Shown here: piece by piece, positions 51,201 to 59,524 of the stretch
Numbering within the stretch: position 1 is the stretch's first letter
How the letters are laid out: every line of letters starts with the position of its first letter
Assembly (NCBI GenBank): GCA_036172245.1
Contig: JAYWIR010000001.1
Location: 3,968,001 to 4,032,000 of the forward strand
Length of the DNA: 64,000 nt
Direction: 5' to 3'
From: Raillietiella orientalis
Taxonomy: Eukaryota
Translations under genes and position numbers: made by a program
The notes under the pieces: model-generated
Database searches by the model: none
Told to the model about the DNA's origin: nothing
Seen by the model: the letters and a program-made list of their open reading frames with translations, nothing else

Positions 51201-54200
51201 GGGAAACGCTGCTGCTACTTCCGGGAGAAATTAATTACATCGGAGCTATTTTTTAAAAATCCCAAGAATGTTTCATGCTTGCCTGTTTATTTATTTTATT
51301 TTGTTTTATTTTCCTTTCTTAATTGGCGAGAAAAGAATTCTTGTTCGGAAGGGGAGGAAGGGAGAAGGGGGAGCACGCCGCCTTGCAGCAGCCACGCGTT
51401 CGCACAGGGAAGTTTGCCCCGCTCGGTTCCCGAACTCCAGGAATATTGATCACGCCCGAAGCTAATTCCGAGAGTAAACACTTTTAAGCCAATCAAAAAC
51501 GAGTAATCCGCAACATAAAGCAGATCTGGTTCCGCGAAAGGAACTTCCGCCCGCGGAGGGTGGCGGGCTGCGGCTTCAGGAACGCTCCCGGCTCTGCGGA
51601 CAATGGGAAGGAAGGAGCGAGGGGCGACGACGCGCGTCGGAAGTCCCGCATACCCTTCTCCTCCTCCTCCCGGCGCAACCAGGTCGGTTCCCCGCCGGCT
51701 CAGCCGCTCGTGGATGCCGAGGCTGCCACCGCCGCGAGTCCCCTGAAGGTGCGCGCGTCGTCGTCGTCATCATCATCATCATCATCATCATCATCGCGTA
51801 GTCGCGGGTACGCGGAGGGGGGGAGGGGGGCTTCTCTGCCACCTGGACGACTTCAGCCCGAGGTTATCGGGAGGTCCAGTCGCACGCTCCCCAAGAAGAG
51901 CCTTGCGCTTCTGTTCCTTCCGCGGTTCCAGCATCCCGTGGCGGGCTGCGGGAAGACCCCTCCGCTGGACTCCGAGAATCCCTCCGGAGCTCCTGGCGGG
52001 AGCCTTCCGCTCCAATCTGGAAACCTTCCGGGTTCGGGAGGAACGAGGTACAGGTCTCCGGGGACGCTTTGCCCCCCGATCCATTCCTCAAGCTAGAGGG
52101 CACCCCGGGAAGGTGCCATCCTACGAATCCAGGAAGGCTTCGGAGGGAGGAGTCCGTTCCTCCCAAGCTTGGGAGGGGAAACCCGAAGGGAACCTCTTCC
52201 CCATTCTCTCCGGAGGAAACCCGAAAAGGAATTGCTCCTTGCATCCTCTTTCTCCGAAGAAAACCTCGAAGGGACGCTTCCCAATTTTCCCTGAAGGGTC
52301 GCTTTCCGAAGGAAGCAGCGCTCTTCGCTGCACCCTGGAGAGGTGTCGATCCACCAGCTCCATGGTACGAGACGAACGGTTCCACCTTCATAACCGGAGG
52401 GAAACCTTGAAGGGCTCCTTGATTCCTGAAAGGTCAACTTGCAATCTCAGCCAGTCAACGGGGGCATTCGAAGCCCACAGAACAACCAGCGTTCTCCTGC
52501 GGAGGAGAGTAACGAGGAACTCACGACGTGCCCCCCATTTCTCGGCGTCAGCCCCCTTTTCCCCGGGCGGGATTCGAACCCGCAACGCTCTATGCCGGGC
52601 GGAGGGCATAGCCACACATGGCTGCCGCAACGGGGAGGGGTCTGCTCTTTGTCATGCAATCCTGGTCACCTGCCCGAAGAGCGCGCGCGATCCCGGCGGG
52701 CGAGGTGGCAGGTAGCTGCGCGCGCAGCGCGCGTGGGGCAGGGACGAGCAGTTCAGCACTGCGTTTACGCGCTTCTTGCGGCGGAGCCGTGCTTTGCGCA
52801 TCGGTCCGCGCGTTCGTCCGCCGAGACGAATCGCCTCTCCAGATGCTCTGAAAGTTTCCGGAAGGAGTTCCGCAGGAGGGTCGGAAGCGCAAGACGAGAA
52901 GCAGATGGAAGCACAAAAACAGAGAACAAAAGAAAAAAATTGGTCAGTTCTCTGAGGAATAACAGCCCCCTGTCTTCCGGAAGGAAAGCGACGTACACTT
53001 GGAAACTGGGACTGATGGTCCATCCATCCGTTCATAATTTAAGGGTCAGTTTGCAAAATGCTTTAGCGAGAAGATTCGAATCCGCTTAAAAAAAGACTCC
53101 CCCTCCCCCTCCCAGAGAAGTAAAATAAAATAAAAGTTCTTCCTGCTTATCGTCATTATCTCCAGCCGTCGATGCTGCTCATCCGTTTTTAGCAGCAACA
53201 GACGGTTTCCGTCTTTCTTGGTACAGGCATCAACACCCTCAGTCAAGCTGTCGAGCCTGCGTAGAAAAGACCGCGGAACCCGAGCAAGCAGACCCTGACC
53301 CGACGCGGAGGAGTGGAGGGCGAGGCATGGAAGGCTGCCGATCCTAACCGCGGAGGCGATCCAGCAAAGCCTTCACCCTTGAGCGCCCCCTGGGAAAACA
53401 CCGCCAAGTCTGCTTGGCACGTGCAAATCACGGGCTGACGAACGAGACGGGCTAAGGACGAGCGGAGAGGAACGCTGGCTCAGGAGACGCTTCTCTGCCT
53501 TCAGCCCCCACTGAGGTAGACACCATGGTGAATAACGGCCGACTGTAAGAAACAGCGGAGCACATCCTCCGGATGTTGATATGAATTGGCAAACATGCGG
53601 AACCCAAATTTAGCCGTCCAATCGGGTCCGCAGACCCCCTCTGCCGTTCTTCGCCCCCTTTTCTACGTGTCGGGGCTCAGTTTCACTGGATACGGTCCAC
53701 GCTGCTTGCTCCAGGGAGGTCGTGTGGCAGGTGTCGTGTTCTTCGACCGCTTCCAGAGGGGAAGGCAAGAATCACACGAAAGCATCAGCTGCGCTGATGC
53801 TGCAGTGTGCAACTTCCCGAATTAGGTAGGCCAGGAAAGATTCAGGCTATCCACGGAACACCATGACAGATGGTGCTTGCGACGCAGGTCTGCAGTGCAT
53901 CCGCGGTGCAGATGTTTAGAGCTGCAGGAGGTCCAGAGAAAGGGGAGGGAGAGATCCTGTAGAGCGGAGGACCACCTTCGCAGCCTTAGAGCGAAAATCC
54001 GGAAATGGAAACTCCTATCGAGAAAGAAAGCCACCCTATGCCGCGCCGCGGGAAGGTGATGAAACCCACCGGGAGGGGACAGCGAGGGAATTCCTGCGAG
54101 GACTGGTTGGAGGCCAGGCCCACGTCCGCCAAGTGAACCACACTCTCATCTCTTTGCATTGTTCTCTTGGGAATTTTCTCTTCGGAGCCGCCTAGAAATC

Positions 54201-57200
54201 TCCCTTCCTAGCGCCTGGCCACCACCCGGAGCCACGAAGCTCGCGCCTCCGCGATGTCGCGCGGCGCAGATAGCTGGCACTTCACCCACCCTGGGGGTCC
54301 TTGCCTCGGGTGATGCAGCTGACTAGAGGAGAGTGTTCCACTTGGCAGGCGATTGCCCTTGCAATCCTGACCTACTCGCTCTGGAGAAATTTCGATTCCC
54401 TTTTGTCCTCATGTCATGTTAAAAGCATGGGGGAGAGTGGCTGCGACAGAGACCTGCGGACTCGACTCCCCTTTGCTTTTTCGCCCACACTGATGGTTTC
54501 CGCACCGTGCTTCTGCATCCTTTCGTCACTCTTCCTGTTTCGCCACTCTTGAATCTTGGGAAATTTTTTGGAAGATCCTACGGTGTCCGCCGCTGCTGCT
54601 TCTCTTTTTCTCCATCTCCTGAACGCGCTTTCTTCTCTCCGTCCCTTCCTTCACCTCCATCTCTTGCATAGAAGAAGGATTGGGTAGGAGGATTCTACGG
54701 TCTTTTCCCAGCTGCATCACCTTTTGACCAGCACTGAGCCTCGAGCTCTGCTTTGAGGTCGCCTCAGGGCTGGTTCCTCCGCCAGCGCGTGCGGATAACT
54801 CTCTGAGTAGCGGAGTGCCCGTGAGAATCGCAGCAACGCGATGAAATCTGCTGCCATCCGAAAGACTGGGATCACCGACTGCATGTGCGGAGTCGAGAAG
54901 GGGCCGTTCGTCCCCGAGATCTGAAGATTGCTCAAGACGAGAACGGCAGAAGCATCCCAGCACGAGCGTCTTCTGTCCGGCTCGGAAAGAGCCCACAAAT
55001 CAACCCCTCAGCAGCTTCCGTCTCCAGGATGGTTGGACGAACTGCTCCCATGCAGCCTCCGAAATCTCCTCGTGGTCACGAGTGGCTCAATCTTCAAAAC
55101 TCGCTCTGGACGGCAGCCTGTGGCAAGCAAGCGAAACTCAGACACGCGAGGGGAGGCGGAAAGCGCTACCCTGTGCGTGTGTGTTTCCTTTCCTGCGCAG
55201 CTCCCTACTCAAGAGCGCGCCGCATGTGCAAGGCTGGTGACTCGGCTCTAGCGACACTGTCGACTAATCGATGGACAGAAGTGGACCGCTGATGGTGCTC
55301 GGATGAGACGTGCTTGCACAAGTCCTTCCTACAAAAATCTCCTCTTCTCTTTAAGGAAGTTTGCTTTCCAGATCACCACGCGGTCGGAAGAATGACAGGA
55401 GGAGAGGAGGAGGAGAAAGGGAGGAGGAAGAGGTGATTCTTTGAGGATTTGAGGAGCGTTCGTGCGCCTCCTGCACCGCTATCGCAAATTTCCCTTTGCC
55501 CTTTCCTGGAATGCTTGCCGCTCCGCAAACAGTCGGTTGCCATCAGCTGATCGTCTTCGAGGAGCAGCTGGTGACCTTGTCCTGGGTGCGAAAAGAGACA
55601 GAGGTCCGGAGGGGCAAGGGTTTCCGTGAAGCTTGCCGAAGAAAAAGCTGGAGCTGGGGAGCGGCGCACGCTGCCAAAGATGCGGGCAGAGATGATTTTC
55701 CCTCGGCAACGCCGTTCTCGCGTTTCCGGAGCTACCCGTCCTGCACGTTCGAAATGTCGGCTGGCTACGAGCGACAAGAACAAGAGGCGGGGAAAGGGGA
55801 GTGAGGTGAGAAGGAGAAAGACGAAAGGATTCTGCGGTGACCTTTTCTAGTCCTAAAAGAGAACCCTCCACGATTCATTCTTCGGGAAGGCCCCGGCAGA
55901 TGGATCCGACCGCTTCGTGCGGGGAATACGCCCCGAAGTTATCCCTCAGTTTGCTGTGCCGTTTTGCACCTCCGGAGGTGGCTGCCATCTCCAAGATGAC
56001 AGAGCTCAGGGGGTCAAGTGGCGACTTGTTTCATTTCGGCATCACACGACCTCAGGGCCATTTTCCAGCGCCTTGATAGAGAAAGGGGCTCACCACCAGT
56101 TCAGCAGGGCAGGAGGACAGCTTGCCTCTCCTGTGCAAATAAAAATGCGCTAGGACGCTCCCGAGGCACCTGCACGCTCGAAGAGTTGTAGACGGAACTC
56201 TTCTTCGACAGGGTCGTTCCGAACGGCTTGGGAGTGGAGAAGACAGGAAGAAGGAGGAGTCATGGAGAGATGGGGAAGGAGAGAGGAGCGGGAGGGAAGC
56301 ATTGGTGCTGGGAGGAAAGCCGAAGAGTTGTGAACGGAAAGCAGATGCGGTTGTCAGATGCGAAGCCCAGAAATCTTCACACTGGACAGAACGAGGCTGG
56401 GAAGGAGCGGAAGTGACGTAGATCTTTTCTCGCTTTTATCCCAAAGACACATCTTCTCGGACGCCAAATGAACCAACGTACGTAGTCCTTGGTCCCCGCT
56501 ACCTTAGCTTTCTTTCCTTCGAGGACTGACCTTGCCTCCTCTCGCGGAGACCGCCTGAACGGGGAGAAGCGCTTTTTTTCTCTTGCCCGTTGTCTGACGT
56601 GAGCAAAGTCGGGGAAGAAGGGGAAAAGTCTTCCCGTTCCCTCCGAGGGGAAGTTTCGTGCCACTCCCTACCCCCTTTTCTTGCTGTCGCTTCCTCTTCC
56701 ACCTCCCCTTTCGCTCCCAGACGGAAGGAACGCCGCTGCTTACTCTGGGGGAAACTTCCTCATCTGCAGGGAGGTGAACACGACCTCGACGTTCTCTCCG
56801 GGCTGACCCACGAAGAAATAGATGCACTGAAGTGTCGTCCCGTCGTGGTTCTCGATCTCAGGAGAGGTGAACGTCCCGTTCCTCAGCGTGCTGGAGCTTC
56901 GGAAGATCCTGTCGCAGCCTGAGAAGGGGTGAGCATGAGGACGACGGAAGTTTTGCGCCAAGAAATAAAGGAGGAGAGGGAAAGGAAGAAGAATCAAAGA
57001 GGAGGAATGAAGGTGTAAAGGAGGAAGAAGAAAAAAAGAAGGAAGAGGAGAAGGAGGAGGAGGAAGAAGAAGAAGAGGAATGGAAGAAGGAGGAGAGGAA
57101 AGGAGGAAGAAAAGCAAAGGATCAAAAAAGAGTGATGATAGAGGAAGAAGGTGGAAGAAAAGAAGACGAGGATAAGGACGAAGAGGACGAAGGAACAAAA

Positions 57201-58551
57201 CAGGAAGAACGAAAGAGGAGGTGGATGGGAGAAAGGAGGATTCTCTCCTGCTCCCTCCCTTACCGTTGCTGTTCTGTAGGAAGTGGGAGATGCCGTCCGT
57301 CAGATTGTCCCGGAGTCTGAAGGATTTCCATTCTCCTGGAAAAAAGAGAATGAGAGAGCTGAGTGGGCAAAAAAAAGAGAGGGAAGGGGCAGAAGGACGA
57401 ATGGAATCCGCCCACCTTGCTTTGACTCTCACCCTGAGCAAAGCAGCAGGAGGAGAGACAAAGGGCAGGGTCTCCTGTTTCAGAGCTCCGTCTCTCAAAA
57501 GAACTCGCGCTCGCGGGAGGGACGAAAGGTGGGGAAAGGAGAGAAGGGGAAGGGGCCGGAGGAAGGGAGCAGAACCCTTCTGCTGCGGAAGGAACGCGCG
57601 AGAGAGCATTCGCGTGCTCTTGCAAGGATGGGAGAGGCTTTCCCTGGCCGGAGGAGGAGCCGGCTGGCGGCGGATCTGATACCGTTCCTCCAAATATCGA
57701 TCGCCAGCAAAAGGAATCTTTTTCCTGCTCCTTCTCCCCTCACCACACGGAGGAAGGAGGCGAGAAACGCAACCTCGGGGCGGAGCCAATGGGTTGGCCC
57801 GAACTTCCCTCCTCCTCTTAGCCGCATGCTTACCGAGGCGCCACTCCCGTGAACCGGGGGGGCTCTCACTAGGGAGAGCTGGCGAGGAGGGCAAGTGGTG
57901 ATGGTGGCTACCGGCAAGGAGAAAGGAAAGGCACATGCAAGCCCATGTTTCCGTATTTCCAGTTGCAGTCCTCAGAAACCTCCGAGGCCACCAGCCTAAC
58001 GGGAGCGGAAGGGTGTTGGCTCGTGGGGACACCGGGTGCACGACCAAACTTCGGTCCAAGAGGTAAAGGGGAGTTCAGGAAACTCCCTTCCCGTCCCCTT
58101 TCTTCCTTTTCGGAGCCCCGGAGGTAGCCCGGAAACGCGCCGTGAGCGTGCGCGGCGAAGATCGCCACCGGCAGACCTTCGGCATCCCTGGGGACGCCGC
58201 GAGGCGAAAAGCAGAAGGTCTGGCGGTGGACGAGGGAGGAAGTCGGGAGGGGGCCGCCTCTCGCCTCGTTCGCGCAAGGCGGCGGCCCCGGCCCCACTCA
58301 GTGTCATGTGGTTGCTTGGGACGCTCCCCGCGCATGGGGTGATGGGAAGGAACGGAAGTGGATGGGTGGATGAGTGAGTGAAGATTACCTGCTCTTTCCT
58401 CAGGGCTTGTGTTTGGGTCATGCCGGCGAAGGAGGCTGACCCTTCCTGTCTACGCGCGCACACGGTTTTTACCGTAAAGAATGAGGAAAGTGAAAAATAC
58501 CAACAGGATGACCAGCGAGAAGCCGACGGCCACACACATCATGATCTTCAT
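18004..58551 (-). CDS. lev-10: Multi-exon gene: LEV-10-like type I membrane protein (5 CUB + LDLa + TM + short cytoplasmic tail); 813 aa without, or 867 aa with, the optional 162-nt exon; the true N-terminus is uncertain
   Basis: 15-16 exons joined by GT/GC-AG introns with all phases compatible. 15 exons total 2442 nt = 814 codons including TGA. The domain order matches what is known for C. elegans LEV-10. The symbol is assigned by architecture plus the EAT-18-like 5' exon, not by a database search. Confidence 0.8.
20530..22900 (+). mobile_element. Degenerate LINE fossil (zinc-knuckle-like ORF1 remnant, then endonuclease-like segment 21590-21960)
   Basis: RCYWCATCG..CP remnant near 20655; 21590-21830 matches 11660-11950. 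Boundaries are approximate. Confidence 0.35.
24170..24760 (-). mobile_element. Degenerate MULE/Mutator transposase fragment
   Basis: SPPSVFYLAVFRVQHP...K....Y resembles the P..F.QL..IH segment after the first catalytic Asp. Confidence 0.3.
25690..26500 (+). mobile_element. Degenerate RTE-clade LINE reverse transcriptase fragment
   Basis: Ordered remnants GIYP...WK, LPESQYAG (cf. LPESQCGF), EKCL.E, AF.EVS and IAPTL (cf. QGCVLAPTLF). Confidence 0.55.
27894..28007 (-). CDS. lev-10: Exon: LDL-receptor class A module (GPGCDQFHCKVSSFCVSSKLKCDSFFNCGLGDQSDEADC)
   Basis: Six cysteines and the D.SDE motif; cttccAG| acceptor, T|GTAGGT donor. Confidence 0.93.
28067..28134 (-). CDS. lev-10: Exon: CUB5 end (FISADKSTGGSGFRAVWTEIKN)
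   Basis: F.S......GF.A.W motif; ctttcAG| acceptor; non-canonical donor G|GCAAGT. Confidence 0.88.
31062..31191 (-). CDS. lev-10: Exon: CUB5 middle (ERGCASAAVRIYATSSNTPIELCGQKLKEEHRQILTQANSLRIS)
   Basis: C....V.I and LCG motifs; ccgccAG| acceptor, TC|GTAAGT donor. Confidence 0.9.
31238..31408 (-). CDS. lev-10: Exon: CUB5 start (GDCGANITTGESGVISSPNHPDRYEAVAQTCNWFIRVRPPNRILFVFDRFSMEGDPE)
   Basis: CG...SG.I.SPN.P..Y...C.W.I motif; ctcctAG| acceptor, G|GTGAG donor. Confidence 0.92.
31504..31715 (-). CDS. lev-10: Exon: CUB4 end (EDCDEDWVELHD...MGKYCGRYAP...GFRARYIFQSVKSAV)
   Basis: C..D.VE, GKYCG and GF.A.Y motifs; donor G|GTAATG. Confidence 0.92.
31774..31853 (-). CDS. lev-10: Exon: CUB4 middle (AGENEAVRLVFDAFDLTTLHPKENSYG)
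   Basis: V.L.F..F.L CUB strand; tccgcAG| acceptor, GG|GTGAG donor. Confidence 0.88.
32230..32915 (-). mobile_element. tRNA-derived SINE, copy 3 (intronic)
   Basis: Plus-strand motifs atcaccctataaatccagaaagg, ttccaccagtgccgcacccgaagcc and cccgggcagcattcgaatccgc (reverse B-box). Confidence 0.7.
35167..35309 (-). CDS. lev-10: Exon: CUB4 start (EYQIPGTQAPDGNCHFTYRSSSQLRGEFNSPRHPSHYPSNTTCVYMFL)
   Basis: G.F.SP.HP..YP.N..C.Y motif; tcttcAG| acceptor, |GTAAGT donor. Confidence 0.92.
35419..35612 (-). CDS. lev-10: Exon: CUB3 C-half (CTDGYLKIYVHG...EFCGKELP...GFKAHYRFET)
   Basis: FCG and GF.A.Y CUB motifs; ctttccAG| acceptor, G|GTTGG donor. Confidence 0.92.
35767..36001 (-). CDS. lev-10: Exon: CUB3 N-half (DFITKNEGTHLRGTECDQTILSKEKSNGTIYSPNYPFPYIPKIVCKYYIYG...VYLEFEKFDIPGGEDKEG)
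   Basis: G.I.SPNYP motif; cccccAG| acceptor, GA|GTAAGT donor. Confidence 0.92.
36064..36272 (-). CDS. lev-10: Exon: CUB2 C-half (CPFDRVKMFDGLDESAPLIDTYCGQQRN...RGFTGLFEFSESFVKL)
   Basis: C..D.V..FDG and YCG motifs; cttttcAG| acceptor; weak donor G|GTCTAG required by phase. Confidence 0.92.
36330..36537 (-). CDS. lev-10: Exon: CUB2 N-half (SNYTIGVLSPNTLCGYTIYSEQQRRGTLMTPTYPGVYPKNIKCFYKFIGRKGQRIRIEFRDFDVFSGGQ)
   Basis: P.YP..YP...C.Y CUB motif; tgtAG| acceptor, CA|GTAAGG donor. The ORF track does not show this frame. Confidence 0.92.
37860..40900 (-). mobile_element. Degenerate L1/Tx1-like LINE ORF2 fossil in intron
   Basis: Ordered remnants KRKEGSVRPLSAL (RPISLL-like), LRRGSKQ (RG.RQ-like) and LMGMPDL (GLGLPDL-like). 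The 5' boundary is uncertain. Confidence 0.45.
41200..41760 (-). mobile_element. Degenerate MULE transposase fragment
   Basis: VFGCFYG (GC.FH-like) followed by P..W..H and an RTNN-like remnant. Confidence 0.3.
43230..43845 (-). mobile_element. tRNA-derived SINE, copy 4 (intronic)
   Basis: Motifs atcaccctatgaatccaggaagg, ggcttccaccagtgccgcacccgaagcc and gggattctaaccc (degenerate reverse B-box). Confidence 0.7.
44700..46150 (-). mobile_element. Degenerate MULE/Mutator transposase pseudogene
   Basis: Ordered remnants GT...PSAFQ..LVH, FP.....G..C.FY, DVARVF....FLSFIDYF and SRT (RTNN-like), matching MULE DDE domain order. Confidence 0.55.
48267..48481 (-). CDS. lev-10: Exon: CUB1 C-half (CNLEYIDLY...GGRYCGTIPP...FQGYFRFLNA)
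   Basis: CUB G.YCG motif; ttcAG| acceptor, A|GTAAGT donor; phase 2 in, phase 1 out. Confidence 0.9.
49900..50850 (+). mobile_element. 3' half of a degenerate L1/Tx1-like ORF2
   Basis: HWRQINTRL....SWYGGR (W..I..RL..LS..GR-like), GGFQSL....SLSW, and AWVLRNG plus Cys remnants (zf-RVT-like). Confidence 0.45.
51758..51796. repeat. Compound (TCG)3(TCA)9(TCG) microsatellite
   Basis: Read directly. Confidence 0.9.
52060..52640 (-). mobile_element. tRNA-derived SINE, copy 5 (intronic)
   Basis: Motifs cctacgaatccaggaagg, cccgaagggaacctcttcc and cccgggcgggattcgaacccgc (reverse of GGTTCGAATCC). Confidence 0.7.
56744..56918 (-). CDS. lev-10: Exon: CUB1 N-half (GCDRIFRSSSTLRNGTFTSPEIENHDGTTLQCIYFFVGQPGENVEVVFTSLQMRKFPPE)
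   Basis: CUB motifs C..G.F.SP...C.Y; acceptor ttctcAG|, donor GA|GTAAG. Confidence 0.9.
56960..57240. repeat. GA-rich (GGA/GAA) low-complexity tract
   Basis: Nearly pure purine on the plus strand. Confidence 0.85.
57834..57995 (-). CDS. Candidate 162-nt phase-1/phase-1 exon (GWWPRRFLRTATGNTETWACMCLSFLLAGSHHHHLPSSPALPSESPPGSREWRLG); alternative acceptor at 57907
   Basis: Acceptor CCCTTCCGCTCCCGTTAG|, strong donor G|GTAAGC, length divisible by 3, in frame with CUB1. Confidence 0.45.
58450..58551 (-). CDS. eat-18: EAT-18-like small transmembrane ORF / 5'-most coding exon (MKIMMCVAVGFSLVILLVFFTFLILY|GKNRVRA*); internal donor G|GTAAAA after 58473
   Basis: ATG at 58551 with an in-frame TGA about 40 nt upstream; 26-residue hydrophobic run. 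Close match to the EAT-18 TM core as I recall it (MKIMMLVAVGIALLILFIFFGFL). Lies immediately 5' of the lev-10-like CUB exons. Confidence 0.65.
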   Translation of the reverse strand: MKIMMCVAVGFSLVILLVFFTFLILYGKNRVRA

Positions 58552-59524
58552 GCTCCGCACCCCCGTCCACGTGGAGCCACCACCAACACGTCACGTCACA
58601 GTGAAAGGGGAAGGGGCGGGGAGGCTAGAGGGGGACAGATCACCTCATTCCACAGAGGGAAGGCGGAGGGGGCAGAGGGGGCGTAGGCGACAGCAGCGCC
58701 AGGGGGTCAGGGGGGACCAGCACGAACCAAACGGACAGGAGAAAAGGAGAGAGAAAGAGAGAGGGGAGAAAAAAAAAAGGGAGAAAGAAGCAGGAAACGA
58801 ATCTCGACCGAAGATCTTCCGGGAAGGAGCGGCGGAGGCAGCGGACGGGAGCTGCTCGATCGGGCGAAAACGGCGAGGTAAATGGGAAGCTGCGTGCGTT
58901 CGGGGAGGGAGGGAGAGAGGAAGGAGGAGGAAGGGAGGGAAGAAGAGAGGAAGGGGGAGGAGGAGGAAGAACAGGAAGGGAGGGAGGGAAAAGGAGGAGG
59001 AGGAAGAAAGGGTGCTTTACCGAGATTAAGTCGTTTTCGTGGGAGCCGGGAGAGAAAAGAAAGCTGGGAAGAGCGCGGATTTTCGAGCCGGGGAAGGAAC
59101 GAAAGGAAGGAGGATAAGGACGCCTCCACCGTGCCCCGTCGTCCACGGCCATTCGAGGGAAATTATTGCGGGAGGTGGAAACGAGGAGGAGGAAGAGGAA
59201 GGGGGAGCAAAACGCCTCGCGGGAATTCCCTGAGGTGTGGAGGAGCTCCGGAAGAGTTCCAGGGGAACTGGAGACTAAATGCTGGAGGCGGCGGATCGAA
59301 CGCGGCTGCGCCTGAGGAGGAGGCGAACTTCTGCGGCGACGCCTTCCTTCGGCGCGGATTCCGCAGGAGTCCCAACGCTTCGCTCGCGGAGACTTGGCAC
59401 GAAAATGGGAACGGATTCCGGTACTTCGCCCCTTCGGTGGACAAGGCTTTGCAATGCGTTGGCGATGAACGAGGGACATAGCGAGGTCCATGGCGGCGCA
59501 TCTTGTCGACCGGCAGGAACGGGT

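Noticed and set aside
56740-58059. 439-aa ORF as a single-exon gene
   Set aside because: Mostly translated CT-rich low complexity. Only the last ~59 codons (CUB1) and possibly 57834-57995 look exonic.
18004-58551. Calling the gene SOL-1, Neto or cubilin
   Set aside because: Five CUBs plus one LDLa plus TM fits none of these; there are no EGF or protease domains.
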